This document shows, one piece after another, positions 38,508-48,851 of a stretch of DNA of 64,000 bases. The translations under genes were made by a program, and so were the position numbers. Source of the DNA: an uncultured Candidatus Kuenenia sp. (GTDB lineage: Bacteria > Planctomycetota > UBA11346). The DNA is taken from contig CAZZJC010000001.1 of NCBI GenBank assembly GCA_964654285.1, positions 5,030 through 69,029 on the forward strand. The letters are read 5' to 3'. The notes under the pieces were generated by a model, which was given only the letters and a program-made list of their open reading frames with translations, did not search any database and was not told the DNA's origin. Numbering within the stretch: the first letter of the stretch is position 1; each line of letters opens with the position of its first letter.

Positions 38508-39160
38508 TCGCTGGCACCCGGCTTGAGCGAACGGCACAGCGCCAGGAAACCCTGACGCGTCGTTTCCAGCTTGGCGGCCGGCGCATCGATCTTGACGAAC
38601 AGCACGCCCGAGGGCACCTGGGCCATGGCAGCCAGGATCCCCTTCGCCGTCGCATCCGCAGGCCTCAGTTCGCACCACGAGAACGGTGTGGCGCCGGTGC
38701 GGTCCTCGGTCAGCTCCTTGGCCAGGTCCGCCGCCACGACCGGCGCCAGTCCGACCTGGCCACGCCAGCGGTTCAGGTTGGCGAGCGGATCGGACATCAT
38801 CGGATTCGCCGGCCAGAGCGAGATGGCGCAGGTCGCTTCACCTGCCGCGAGAGTGAAGCGGCGCACGTTGCCCTTGTCCGAAGGCACTTCACGCCAGCCC
38901 TCGGGCAGGGTCAGGCCGAGGCCGGCCAGGGCGGATCCCGCCGGCTTGACATTGGGTGCCATGGCAGGCGCCGGTTTCGGATCCGTGCCTTGGGCATGGG
39001 GATCGGCAGCGTGGACATGCGGATCAGGTGCCGCCGCCTGCACCGAGTGCTCGGCGTAGGAGGTCGGTTCGCGATCGGTGACCGTCAGCAAAACCAGGGT
39101 CGCGGCGGTGGCGCCGAGGGCGAAGGCCACCAGGTGGGAAGGCCAGGAGGATGCGCTCAT
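38504..39160 (-). CDS. Membrane-anchored hypothetical protein (no CxxC), translationally coupled to resB
   Basis: Internal start MSASSWPSHLVAFALGATAATLVLLTV (single TM) followed by a ~190-aa soluble domain. 4-nt overlaps on both sides. Confidence 0.5.
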   Translation of the reverse strand: MSASSWPSHLVAFALGATAATLVLLTVTDREPTSYAEHSVQAAAPDPHVHAADPHAQGTDPKPAPAMAPNVKPAGSALAGLGLTLPEGWREVPSDKGNVRRFTLAAGEATCAISLWPANPMMSDPLANLNRWRGQVGLAPVVAADLAKELTEDRTGATPFSWCELRPADATAKGILAAMAQVPSGVLFVKIDAPAAKLETTRQGFLALCRSLKPGASE

Positions 39161-39384
39161 GGTTGCGGTTTCGCTGGGGTGGTGGGAGCTGCAGGAGCGG
39201 CGACGGGAGCAGCGGGGACGGCAGGTGGCGACGTATGCACATGCATCGCCGCCGCCTGCGCAAGCGCAGCGCGTTCGCGCGCGCTGAGCCAGAACAGGTC
39301 GGCCACGGCCAGCCCCGTGGCCGCAGCGAAGGCCAACCAGGTCCAAAGGACCCAGGTCGGGCGAGAAACGGGATCGTCAGGCAT
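39157..39384 (-). CDS. Small membrane protein (75 aa), first gene of the resB/ccsA cluster
   Basis: MPDDPVSRPTWVLWTWLAFAAATGLAVADLFWLSARERAAL... with a Pro/Ala-rich tail. Stop overlaps the next start. Confidence 0.4.
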   Translation of the reverse strand: MPDDPVSRPTWVLWTWLAFAAATGLAVADLFWLSARERAALAQAAAMHVHTSPPAVPAAPVAAPAAPTTPAKPQP

Positions 39385-39577
39385 GGGGTGGAACCATAGC
39401 CCGGATCCCGCGAGCGCCACCGGGGAATGGCGCGGGGTTCCCACGCCGCCGCAAAAGCCGGCCTTCCTGGGAGCCCCGGGGTCGCGCCGGCCGGAAAAGC
39501 GGCATCCGCAGGATGCCACCAACCGGCTTTTGCGGCGGCCAGGCGGGGTCCCCGTGCTCATCCCCGGTTCACCGGAT

Positions 39578-41560
39578 TCAAACCGCCTCGGTCGTCCTCG
39601 CCGGCAACCGGCGTTCGCGCACTTCCGCGCTGAGGCGCTGCACCACCTCATCCAGCGGCAGGACTCCCAGCTTTTCGCCAGCCTGGTTCTGCAGCGCGAC
39701 CGCGCCGGCGGCGGCCTCCTGGGCGCCGACCACCGCGAAATAGTTCGCGCGCGCCTCGCGGGCGCGGCGGATCTTGTTGCCGAGCTTTTCCGCGGTCTCG
39801 TCGACCTGCACCCGCAGGCCGGCGGCGCGCAACTTGGCGCCGATCTCGCGCGCGTAGGGCAGGTGCTCGTCGGTGATGGGCAGGACGCGGATCTGCTCCG
39901 GCGCGAGCCAGAGCGGGAACTTGCCGGCGAAATGCTCGATCAGCACGCCGATGAAGCGTTCGAGGCTGCCCAGGATGGCGCGGTGCAGCATGACGCAGTT
40001 CTTCTTCTGCCCGTCCTCGGCGATGAAGGTCACGTCGAGGCGTTCGGCCGAGGGCAGCTGGTTGTCGAGCTGGATGGTGCCGCACTGCCAGCCGCGGCCG
40101 AGGCTGTCGACCAGGGTGAATTCCAGCTTCGGGCCGTAGAACGCGCCTTCGCCGGGGGCGAGGACGTAGGTCAGGCCGGCGGCGTCGCAGGCCGAGGCGA
40201 GGTCGGCCTCGGCGCGGTCCCACTGCTCATCCGTGCCCAGGCGCTTGGCCGGGCGCGTCGACAGGCGCACCTTCACCGCCTCGGCGGCGAAGCCGAACAC
40301 CGCGTAGACCTCCTTCAGCATGCGGCAGAAGGCGGCCACCTCGTCGCGCACCTGGGTGTCGAGGCAGAAGATGTGGGCGTCATCCTGCACGAAGCCGCGC
40401 ACGCGCATGATGCCGTGCAGCGCGCCGGACAGCTCATTGCGGGTGCAGGATCCGAACTCGGCCATGCGGATGGGCAGGTCGCGGTAGCTCTTCAGGCCGT
40501 GCTTGAAGATCTCGGCGTGGCCGGGGCAGTTCATCGGCTTGAGCGCGAATTCGCGCTTCTCGCTCTCGGTGATGAACATGTTCTCCTGGTACTTGGCCCA
40601 GTGCCCGGAGCGTTCCCACAGCGACTTCGGCATCACCGACGGCGTGTGCACCTCGATGTAGCCGTTCTCGCGCTGCTTGGCGCGCATGAATTCGACCAGC
40701 GCGACGTAGATCGACCAGCCGTTGTGGTGCCAGAAGATCTGGCCGGGGTTCTCCTCGTCGATGTGGAAGAGGTCGAGTTCGCGCCCGAGCTTGCGGTGGT
40801 CGCGCTTCTTGGCCTCCTCGATCCGCGTGAGATGCGCGTCGAGGGCCTTCTTCGAGGCGAAGCAGGTGCCGTAGATGCGCGTCAGCTGATCCGACGTCGC
40901 GTCGCCGTGCCAGTACGCGCCCGCGACCGACATCAGCTTGTAGGCGGACAGCACGCCCGTCGAGGGCACGTGCGGCCCGGCGCAGAGGTCCTCCCAGCCG
41001 GTGCCGGGTTCGCCGGTGACGTAGAACGACAGCGACGACGATCCCTTGGCGAGGGCGCGCTCGGCGTTGTCGCGCTTGTACTTGTCCTTGGCGGTGCGTT
41101 CGAGGCCCTCGGCGGGCGCGACCTCGCAGCGCACGAAGCGCCGGTCGGCCTTGACGATCTCGGCCATCTTGGCCTCGATCGCGCTGAAGTCCTCGTGCGT
41201 GATCTGACGCGTGCTGCCGTCGGGCTGGATCACGGCGAGGTCGTAATAGAAGCCGTCCTCGACCGGCGGCCCGTAGGCCAGCCGGGTGCCGGGGAACACC
41301 GCGCACACGGCCTCGGCCAGGACATGGGCGCAGGAATGGCGGAGGACGAAGAGCGCGTCCGGATCGTCATCGCGCGCCGTGATGATCTTCAGCCGGCCGT
41401 CGCGGTCGATGACCCGATCAAGGTCGAGGATGGTGTCGTCGAGCTTGACCGCGATCGCCTTGCGCGCGAGCCCGGCCGAGATCGCCTCGGCCGCCTGGCG
41501 GCCGGAAACAGGGGATGGGAACGGCAACGGCTTGCCGTCGGGAAGCGTGAACGTGGGCAT
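39578..41560 (-). CDS. thrS: Threonyl-tRNA synthetase
   Basis: TGS domain, editing domain (HSCAHVLAEA), class II core and anticodon-binding region. 660 aa. Confidence 0.95.
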   Translation of the reverse strand: MPTFTLPDGKPLPFPSPVSGRQAAEAISAGLARKAIAVKLDDTILDLDRVIDRDGRLKIITARDDDPDALFVLRHSCAHVLAEAVCAVFPGTRLAYGPPVEDGFYYDLAVIQPDGSTRQITHEDFSAIEAKMAEIVKADRRFVRCEVAPAEGLERTAKDKYKRDNAERALAKGSSSLSFYVTGEPGTGWEDLCAGPHVPSTGVLSAYKLMSVAGAYWHGDATSDQLTRIYGTCFASKKALDAHLTRIEEAKKRDHRKLGRELDLFHIDEENPGQIFWHHNGWSIYVALVEFMRAKQRENGYIEVHTPSVMPKSLWERSGHWAKYQENMFITESEKREFALKPMNCPGHAEIFKHGLKSYRDLPIRMAEFGSCTRNELSGALHGIMRVRGFVQDDAHIFCLDTQVRDEVAAFCRMLKEVYAVFGFAAEAVKVRLSTRPAKRLGTDEQWDRAEADLASACDAAGLTYVLAPGEGAFYGPKLEFTLVDSLGRGWQCGTIQLDNQLPSAERLDVTFIAEDGQKKNCVMLHRAILGSLERFIGVLIEHFAGKFPLWLAPEQIRVLPITDEHLPYAREIGAKLRAAGLRVQVDETAEKLGNKIRRAREARANYFAVVGAQEAAAGAVALQNQAGEKLGVLPLDEVVQRLSAEVRERRLPARTTEAV

Positions 41561-41733
41561 GGGATGGTTCCGAAGGTGGCCAGAAATGGCCGGAAAGGAT
41601 GGGGATTGGGGAAACGGCGGTACGGCGTTCCGGCGGCAGCGGCTAGGCCGCCCCGAACGCCATCCGAGTTCGCGCTGAAGATCCCGTCCTGTGCATGCGG
41701 TGGGGAAATTAGGTCGCGAGGCCGCCCGGTCAA

Positions 41734-44070
41734 TTACGGCGCCGATGGCGGCGTCGGAACGCCCGCCTCGCCCATCCCGGTCGCCAAGTTGCCCAGCGCC
41801 TCCGCCACCGCCCGGGTCAGCTCGGTCAGGCGGTACGGCTTTTGCAGGAATCCGCAGGCGCCATGGTCGAGCAGCTCCTGCGCCTCGCCGTTCACGCTGT
41901 GGCCGGAGGCGATCAGCACGCGCAGGTCGGGCCAGCGCTGGCGCAGGGCGTGGAAGGTCTCGCGCCCGCCCTGCTCCGGCATGACGAGATCGAGCAGGAC
42001 CAGGTCGGGAGGCGACCCTTGCTGGCAGCGCGCGATGGCCTCGACGCCCGAGGCGCAGGCTTCCACCTGGTAACCGGCCTCGTGCAGCAGTTCGCGGGTG
42101 AGCAGGCGGATCATGTCCTCATCGTCGACGACCAGGATGCGGCGCTGCAGATTCGCGACCTGGATCAGGGCCGAGCGGGCGGAACTGCTGCTCCTGCCCT
42201 CTCCGGGGCTGGCCTGCTGCGGCAGGCAGAGGGCGAAGGTGCTGCCGACGCCCGGCTCGCTCTCGACGGCGATGACGCCGCCATGGTTGCGCAGCACGCC
42301 GTAGGCCGCAGCCAGGCCCAGGCCGGTGCCCTTGCCGGGTTCCTTGGTGGTGAAGAAGGGTTCGAAGAGGTGCTTGCGGACCTCGGCATCCATGCCGCAG
42401 CCGGTGTCCCGCACCGCGATCTCGATGTATCTGCCGGCGGCATTCGTGAATCCAAGCAGGTTGGCGGCGAGCTTCACGTTGCGCGAGGTGAAGGTCAGCG
42501 TGCCGCCGGCGGGCATGGCGTCGCGGGCGTTGATGGCGAGGTTGAGCAGCGCGTGGTGGAGCTGGTTCGGATCGCCGAGGACCAGGGCGGGATCGGCTTC
42601 CAGCCTGCGTTCGATGCGGATCCGGCGGTCGATGCTGCGGCCGAGCATCGCGACGACCTCGTCGACGATCTGGTGCAGGTCGACCTCGGCCCGCAGGGAC
42701 TGGCCCTTGCGGGCGAAGGCCAGCAGCTGCCGGGTGAGATCGGCGGCGCGCTGCGCGGCCCCGAGGATGTTCACCGCCCAGCTTTTCTGCCGGGGATCCT
42801 GCAATCGGGCGGCGAGCATCTCGGCGTAGCCCGAGATGCCCGCGAGCTGGTTGTTGAAGTCGTGCGCGATGCCGCCGGCGAGCTGGCCGATCGCGGTCAT
42901 CTTCTCGGACTGGCGCAACTGCTCCTGCAGACGCACCCGTTCGCGCACGTCGCGGAAGGTTCCCAGCAGGAGGTTCCCGCCGCCGGCGACCGGGATCAGG
43001 CTGCTGTTGATCTCGACCGGGATGCGGCTGCCGTCGCGGTGCAGGGCCTCGGTCTCGACATAGGCCGAGGTGCCGTCGGCATGGGCACGGAAAGAGACGG
43101 ACAGGATCTCGCGCAGGTCTTCCGGGTGGAGCGCCGACTGGTGCAGGCCGAGGATCTCGGCGCGCGGCCGCCCGATCAGGGATTCGGCCTGGCGGTTGAC
43201 CTCGACGATCGCCCCGGTCTGCGGATCGGCGACGAAGATCGCATCGCGGGCGCCATGGAAGAGCGCCTCGAAGCGGTCTCCGGCGGCCCGAGCCACCTCC
43301 TCCACGCGCCGGCGTTCGGTGATGTCCTGGATGACCCCGAACATCCGCAGCGGTCGGCCGCGCACGAGGTCGAGCTGGCCCTGGCCATGCACCCAGCGCG
43401 TCTCGCCCGTGTCCTGGCGCACGATGCGGTATTCGCGATCGAACGGGACCGCCTTGGCGAGGACCTCGTCCACCACGTAGGCGGTCATCGCCGACCGGTC
43501 ATCGGGATGGACGATCGCGGCCCAACCCGAAAGGCTGCGTTCGTAGCCGATGCCGATGCCGAAGATGCGGTCGAGGGCGTCGGAACTGGTCCAGCGCTTC
43601 GCCTCGACATCCAGCACGTAATGCCCGAGATTCGCCATCCGTTGCGACTGGGCGAGCAGGGCCTCGCTGGTGCGCAAGGTGCGGTTGGCGGCGCGCAGGC
43701 TCAGGATGCGCCACAGCAGCATCCCGGCGACCGCGAGCGCGAGCATGGCGCCGGCCGAAACGGCCATCCGGGCAGGAGTCCACCAGGAGGCCGGCGCGCG
43801 CTCCGGCAGCACGGCCGGACCGGGATCTGCGGGTTCGCCGGACCGCAACGCCGGCATCCCGCCCCAGGCCTCCGGCGCGGATCGCCCCGTTGACCCCGCC
43901 GCGCTCCCGACGGTCGCGCCATCGCGGTCGCAGCCGATCACGGCGACCGGCGTCAGGGCCGGCGCCGCGAGGACGCGCGCCGGCGCCTCTTCGGCAGCGG
44001 TCCGCCCCAGGAACAGGAGGATCCCAGCCAGCGTCACGCGCATCCCTGCCCGCAGCGATCGCTTGGCCAT
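41734..44070 (-). CDS. Hybrid sensor histidine kinase / response regulator with two PAS domains
   Basis: TM segments. PAS regions. HisKA H-box (LAGGIAHDFNNQL). HATPase_c (DTGCGMD...GKGTGLGL). C-terminal REC (ILVVDDEDMIRLL...DLVLLDLVMP). Confidence 0.85.
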   Translation of the reverse strand: MAKRSLRAGMRVTLAGILLFLGRTAAEEAPARVLAAPALTPVAVIGCDRDGATVGSAAGSTGRSAPEAWGGMPALRSGEPADPGPAVLPERAPASWWTPARMAVSAGAMLALAVAGMLLWRILSLRAANRTLRTSEALLAQSQRMANLGHYVLDVEAKRWTSSDALDRIFGIGIGYERSLSGWAAIVHPDDRSAMTAYVVDEVLAKAVPFDREYRIVRQDTGETRWVHGQGQLDLVRGRPLRMFGVIQDITERRRVEEVARAAGDRFEALFHGARDAIFVADPQTGAIVEVNRQAESLIGRPRAEILGLHQSALHPEDLREILSVSFRAHADGTSAYVETEALHRDGSRIPVEINSSLIPVAGGGNLLLGTFRDVRERVRLQEQLRQSEKMTAIGQLAGGIAHDFNNQLAGISGYAEMLAARLQDPRQKSWAVNILGAAQRAADLTRQLLAFARKGQSLRAEVDLHQIVDEVVAMLGRSIDRRIRIERRLEADPALVLGDPNQLHHALLNLAINARDAMPAGGTLTFTSRNVKLAANLLGFTNAAGRYIEIAVRDTGCGMDAEVRKHLFEPFFTTKEPGKGTGLGLAAAYGVLRNHGGVIAVESEPGVGSTFALCLPQQASPGEGRSSSSARSALIQVANLQRRILVVDDEDMIRLLTRELLHEAGYQVEACASGVEAIARCQQGSPPDLVLLDLVMPEQGGRETFHALRQRWPDLRVLIASGHSVNGEAQELLDHGACGFLQKPYRLTELTRAVAEALGNLATGMGEAGVPTPPSAP

Positions 44071-44080
44071 GCGGTAATGT

Positions 44081-44100
44081 CCCTCGCAATTGCGCGAGGG
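44081..44100. promoter_or_regulatory. Imperfect 20-bp palindrome CCCTCGCAATTGCGCGAGGG in the divergent HK / PhyH intergenic region (candidate operator)
   Basis: Read from the sequence. Lies 11 bp upstream of the kinase start codon. Confidence 0.3.
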
Positions 44101-44335
44101 TCAAGAACGGACGGTCATCGTGTGCCGGTCCGGCTGGCGCAGGACGCCGGTCCGCAACCGGCAGGGGCTCAGGTGGCCCGTTCAGCGCCCGTCGCCCGGG
44201 CGCAGCCGGTATTCGTGATTCCATGACTTGGGCGGATTTCCTGGAGGTTGGTGCGGGCGTGGTTCTTACCGCCGTCCATCCGGATCGGACGACTGGCCAT
44301 GGGCATCGGGCGCGGGAGGTGCGTAGGCTGGGGGC

Positions 44336-45163
44336 ATGAACTCCGCACCCCAGCACCAGACGCTTCCCTTCACCGGATCCCAGGTCGCGGCGTACGCCCG
44401 CGATGGCTACCTGGCCGGAGGTCCGCTCCTGACCCCGGCCGAGGTCGAGGTGCTGCGCGGCGAGCTGGATCGGGTCATCGCCGATCGCGGACGCGAGGGC
44501 GTGGCGCAGCCGGTGGCGATCTCGGATCTCGGCCAGGGCGGGATGGAGGTCTGGCAGATCGTCAACATCAGCATGGCGAGCGCGCCATTCCTGCGCCTCA
44601 TCCATCATCCGCGCCTGGTCGCGATGGTGCGTCAGCTCGCCGGACCGGATGGGCGCGTACTGCGCCTATGGCACGATCAGATCCAGTACAAGCCGGCCCA
44701 GCACGGTGGCGTGAACTGGTGGCACCAGGATTCGCCCTATTGGCCGGTGCTGGCCCCGAAGGACAGCATGGTCACGGCCTGGATCGCCCTGGACGAGGTT
44801 TCGCTCGACAATGGCTGCATGAGCATGGTGCCCGGCAGCCACCGCTGGGGCGACACCATCGAGCACCTGCATCAGGCGAAGGACCGCTCAGGCGATTTCT
44901 GGACCGCCCTGGGCGAGGAGTTCCGCACCGAGCCCGTGCGCGTGGTGCCGCGTCCGGTGGCGCTCGGCCATGTCCACTTCCACCATCCCCTGACCTGGCA
45001 TGGTTCGCATGAGAACCGCTGCGCCCGCCCCCGCCGCGCCATCGCCATCCATGTCATGACCGCGCGCACCGTCTTCGATCCGCGCGGCCGCCATCTCATG
45101 CAGCGCTACGTCACCGCGAAACCGGGCGAGGCGATCAGCGATCCCGAGTTCGTCCTGCTTTGA
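44336..45163 (+). CDS. Phytanoyl-CoA dioxygenase (PhyH) family Fe(II)/2-oxoglutarate oxygenase
   Basis: WHQDSPYWP...WIALDEVSLDNGCM...PGSH...HHPLTWHGSHEN. This matches the PhyH His-x-Asp...His pattern. Confidence 0.85.
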   Translation: MNSAPQHQTLPFTGSQVAAYARDGYLAGGPLLTPAEVEVLRGELDRVIADRGREGVAQPVAISDLGQGGMEVWQIVNISMASAPFLRLIHHPRLVAMVRQLAGPDGRVLRLWHDQIQYKPAQHGGVNWWHQDSPYWPVLAPKDSMVTAWIALDEVSLDNGCMSMVPGSHRWGDTIEHLHQAKDRSGDFWTALGEEFRTEPVRVVPRPVALGHVHFHHPLTWHGSHENRCARPRRAIAIHVMTARTVFDPRGRHLMQRYVTAKPGEAISDPEFVLL

Positions 45164-45310
45164 CCGGCTCTGCGCTGGGCGTGGAACGGCGAGGACCCGA
45201 TCGCCAGTCCGGGGGTTCCCCGCGCGAGGGACGGGTCGCCAGCGCCAGGCCGGCGGGAGGGGGGATCAGGGACTTTATCCTGCGGGAGGTTCCAGCGTTG
45301 CTCGGCCGCA

Positions 45311-47305
45311 TCAGGGCTCCCCGACGCAGTAGAGGAAGGCCGACGATTGGATGTAGATGCGTTTCCCGTGCGGAACCACGCCGCTCATCATGGTGCCGAA
45401 ATACGAGGCCGAGCCCTTGTAGCAGCCGGAGAAATCCAGGGGGTCGAAGTCCGTGAGGTAGGTCTGGACGTGCAGGTCGGCCGCCGGTTCCCGGTAGGCC
45501 AGGACGTTGTCTTCGCTCACCACCTTCGGCTTGGTCGGATCGCTGATGTCGACGATGCGGAAACGGTTCACCGCCTTGCGGTCATCCCGCGTGCGTCCGT
45601 AGGGACTGGTGCCATCGGCGCCATCGGTCTGGCCGATCAGGTATCTCCCGGCCACCACCCAGGCCGATTCGTCGGACCCGGGAAACGTCCCCAGGCATCT
45701 GCCCTGCTCGGACATGTCGTAGATCCCCATGCCCTTGCCTGCGCACGCGGCGAACAGCAGGCGATCGGTGGCGCACTTGAAGGCGTCCGTGGACAGGACG
45801 CTGCGGGTTCCGTTGTTGAGTTCGAAGAGGAGTTCCGCCGACACCGTGTCGGGTCCGGTAAAGCGCAGTTCCTGCACCAGGCCCCTGCAAAAGCCGCCGT
45901 CACTGCGGCTTCCGACGATGAAGCGTGCGCCGAAGTCGAAGATGTGGGTGGAGTTCCAGTCATTCGGCTTGAAGGAATGCAGCAGTTTCCCATCAGAAAC
46001 ACGCAAAACAGCATTTCCGTTCGAGGTCAACAACACCGGGACCGGCTTGCCATCGGGTCCGGTCAAGCGCATCACCGGGGAATTGCCGAAAAGACGGCCT
46101 AGCTGCGGTGGGCTGCGCCAGAGCTGTTTGCCGGTGCGCTTGTCGAGCCCGACCATGTGGGTGTCGTTGCCTTTGATCTTCCGGTCAGGACTCACCGACC
46201 GGACCATGAGCACATCGCCGCAGAGGATGGGGCTGTTGAACCAGGCATTGGCCTGGATCAGGGACTCGTCGACCCCGCGCGCCAACCAGACGGTCTTTCC
46301 ATCCAGGTCGAGGCAGAAGATCTGCCCCGCCAGGAAGCAGCCATAGATGCGTTCGCCGTCGCTGGCCAGGGTCGATTCGGCCTGGCCCAGGTAGCCGCGC
46401 CAGGTCAGGGAGGACGACATCTTGTATTTCAGCTCGCAGGCCTGCCGCAGATTATGCGACCGTCGGGTCTCGAACGTTCCAGGTTTCAATGCCAGGAAGG
46501 CATCGTAATCGGCGAGGGTGGTGAGATTGGCGATGCAGGCGATGTCGGCGTCGAGCGCCTTGACCAGGGCGGGATCTCCGATGGCTTCGACCTCGGTCCG
46601 GTGGCGGTTGAGCATCGCGATGACGGTCGCGGCCTCGGCCTTGCGCCGCGTCATGAAGGCGACCGGGTCCTTCGCTTTCCGGCGGCGTCCCTCCGCCACT
46701 GTGTCGGGGCCGTTGATATCGAAGAGCGAACGTTCTCCATTTCCGACGTAGGCCCATCCGGCCGACACATAGTGCAGCGCCTGGGCCAGATCGATGGCCT
46801 TCTGCGCCTTGGCGGCCTCGCCCTCGCTCAGGCCGTTGACCAGGGGCATGGTGATGCGCCGGCGCCAGAGCTCCTTGCCCGAATCCGCAGCGAAACAGAC
46901 TACGAAATCGGGATCGCCGACCGCGAACACGCGCTGGCCGACCACGATGGGATGGCTCAGCGACCAGCCCGGCAAGGGGCTCTTCCAGAGGATGTTTTTG
47001 GCTTTGGCATCCGCCACGTCGAACACTTTGCTCTTCTTGCCATCCGCAAGGACCATCTCGCGCTGGATCGGCGTGCCGTCCGAAAACGCCAGCGGCGGCG
47101 TGGCCCCGGGATACCAGGCGCCATGGTTGCGGAAGGAGACCGGCTGTTCGGCGGTCGGGACGAAGTCGGCGTGGCCGTAGGAAATGGGTTCGGCCGCCGT
47201 GGCGGTCAAGGCCAACCCCGCCAGGAGGACAATGCTGGCGATGCTGCGATGCCGGTCGGATGGGGGCGGGATTCCGCAGGTTGGCTGGTTCCGGTCATAT
47301 GCCAT
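45311..47305 (-). CDS. PQQ-like beta-propeller repeat protein (paralog 3), secreted
   Basis: Start at MAYDRN...SIASIVLLAGLALTATAAEP (47305). Motifs NILWKSPLPGWS, PIVVGQRVF, VVCFAADSGKELW. Divergent from an AraC gene. Confidence 0.75.
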   Translation of the reverse strand: MAYDRNQPTCGIPPPSDRHRSIASIVLLAGLALTATAAEPISYGHADFVPTAEQPVSFRNHGAWYPGATPPLAFSDGTPIQREMVLADGKKSKVFDVADAKAKNILWKSPLPGWSLSHPIVVGQRVFAVGDPDFVVCFAADSGKELWRRRITMPLVNGLSEGEAAKAQKAIDLAQALHYVSAGWAYVGNGERSLFDINGPDTVAEGRRRKAKDPVAFMTRRKAEAATVIAMLNRHRTEVEAIGDPALVKALDADIACIANLTTLADYDAFLALKPGTFETRRSHNLRQACELKYKMSSSLTWRGYLGQAESTLASDGERIYGCFLAGQIFCLDLDGKTVWLARGVDESLIQANAWFNSPILCGDVLMVRSVSPDRKIKGNDTHMVGLDKRTGKQLWRSPPQLGRLFGNSPVMRLTGPDGKPVPVLLTSNGNAVLRVSDGKLLHSFKPNDWNSTHIFDFGARFIVGSRSDGGFCRGLVQELRFTGPDTVSAELLFELNNGTRSVLSTDAFKCATDRLLFAACAGKGMGIYDMSEQGRCLGTFPGSDESAWVVAGRYLIGQTDGADGTSPYGRTRDDRKAVNRFRIVDISDPTKPKVVSEDNVLAYREPAADLHVQTYLTDFDPLDFSGCYKGSASYFGTMMSGVVPHGKRIYIQSSAFLYCVGEP

Positions 47306-47480
47306 GGGATGTGTCCTGTGGCCAACCTCTACCTGCGGCAGCCGGTGGGCGTTGGATCCAGTTCCGATCATCACGGTGTCTTTCCGATCACGCGTGGCAT
47401 CGCACGCGGATTCCCGCCCCGTCCACGCGGTCGAGGCGGCGGGCCGTTGTTCCGCCGGCCCGGCCGCCATCGTCGCGCCC

Positions 47481-48317
47481 ATGGATGCAGGCAGCCTTCC
47501 TGCCGCAGAGCTGGTCGAGATCAGCCGGGTGGTACTGGACAGCACGGTGCGCCAGGCCGGCGGCCCGCAGGACCGGCTTGGGCGAGCAGAGCCAGCACCC
47601 GCGTTCCACGAAGCGATCTACATCCTGTCCGGGGTCCATCGCGGTCGGCTCGGTGCGCAGGAGGTCTGCTGCGGATGCGGCGAGGGTATGGTGTATCCGG
47701 CCGGAACCCCGCCGCGAACCAGGATGCGGCTCGATGGTCAGGTGACCATGCTGGTGCTGCGCTGGCGTGGCGGGGACTGGATCCCCACCCCGTGCCGGAT
47801 CGACGATCGCCAGCAGCGGGTCGGGATCCTTCTGCGCCGGATGGATGGATGTACCGAGATCCGACGGGCAGGGGTGGAGACGTTCCAGCGGGTGCTGCTC
47901 CAGGCTGTGTTGCAGGAACTGCGCTGGCTGGTCGAGGGCGATGCAGGGGATCCCCCTCCCGGACCCGGGCCGGGCGGACCGGGTGCCGAGGTTGACGATG
48001 TGATGGCCCGGATCGCGAGCTTTCTCAGTATAAATATGCAATATCGCCTGGATCTGGCCCATGTGGTCCGGCGCTACGGTCTGAGCCAGGCCACCTTGTG
48101 CCGCCGCTTCCGTTCCCGTTACGGGGTCAGTCCGATGGCCTACCTGCAGCAGCGGAGGCTGGAACGGGCGCTGGATCTGCTGGCGGCCAGCGACCTGGAT
48201 CCCGCTGAGATCGCCAAGCGCGTCGGAGTCCGCAGCGCCCGCTACCTGGGCCGGATGATCAAGGCCCGCACCGGGCATGTGCTCGCCCATTGGCGTCCGC
48301 GCCGCATCGAGGCCTGA
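47481..48317 (+). CDS. AraC-family transcriptional regulator
   Basis: C-terminal HTH (LAHVVRRYGLSQATLCRRFRSRYGVSPMAYLQQRRLERALDLLAASDLDPAEIAKRVGVRSARYLGRMIK). ATG 47481 avoids overlap with the divergent propeller gene. Confidence 0.75.
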   Translation: MDAGSLPAAELVEISRVVLDSTVRQAGGPQDRLGRAEPAPAFHEAIYILSGVHRGRLGAQEVCCGCGEGMVYPAGTPPRTRMRLDGQVTMLVLRWRGGDWIPTPCRIDDRQQRVGILLRRMDGCTEIRRAGVETFQRVLLQAVLQELRWLVEGDAGDPPPGPGPGGPGAEVDDVMARIASFLSINMQYRLDLAHVVRRYGLSQATLCRRFRSRYGVSPMAYLQQRRLERALDLLAASDLDPAEIAKRVGVRSARYLGRMIKARTGHVLAHWRPRRIEA

Positions 48318-48533
48318 GACCCCAGGCATCCGCCCCGGTCTGCCCTGTCGTAGATCACCATGCCCTTGCCCGCCCAGGCGGCGGCTTGGACGGGCGGTCG
48401 CCCGCTCCGCCCTGCGCGTGGAGCGACGACGACCCGATCGCCAGTCCGGGGATTCCCGGTCCGGGGTCGGGTCGAACCAATGTGCGAAACGGATTGAACG
48501 CGATCGGACGGCGCGCCGTCCGATCCAGCCGGA

Positions 48534-48851
48534 TCAGCCTTCGATGCCGACCACTTCGACCACCGTCTGCTCGGCGCGGAAGCCTTTGCGGCGGTTGGTC
48601 ATGTGCTTGCGGCGCTTGTATTTGCCGACGGTGATCTTGTCGCCCAGGGTGTGGCTGACGACCTTGACCACGGCCTTGGCGCCGGCGACGAAGGGGGCGC
48701 CGATGCGGACCGAGGCGCCGTCCGCGACGAGCTGCACCGGCAGATCGACGGTGGCGCCGACTTCAGCGGGGTGGCGGTCGAGGGTGAGCTTGTCACCGGC
48801 GGCGGCACGGTACTGGCGGCCACGATCGTTGAGGACGGCGTACATGGGCAT
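48534..48851 (-). CDS. rplU: 50S ribosomal protein L21
   Basis: MYAVLNDRGRQYRAAAGDKL...VSHTLGDKITVGKYKRRKHMTNRRKGFR. Not followed by rpmA. Confidence 0.9.
   Translation of the reverse strand: MPMYAVLNDRGRQYRAAAGDKLTLDRHPAEVGATVDLPVQLVADGASVRIGAPFVAGAKAVVKVVSHTLGDKITVGKYKRRKHMTNRRKGFRAEQTVVEVVGIEG

Noticed and set aside
38426-42073. 1,215-aa plus-strand ORF spanning the resB/membrane-protein/thrS region
   Set aside because: Antisense to four well-supported minus-strand genes, including thrS. No domains.
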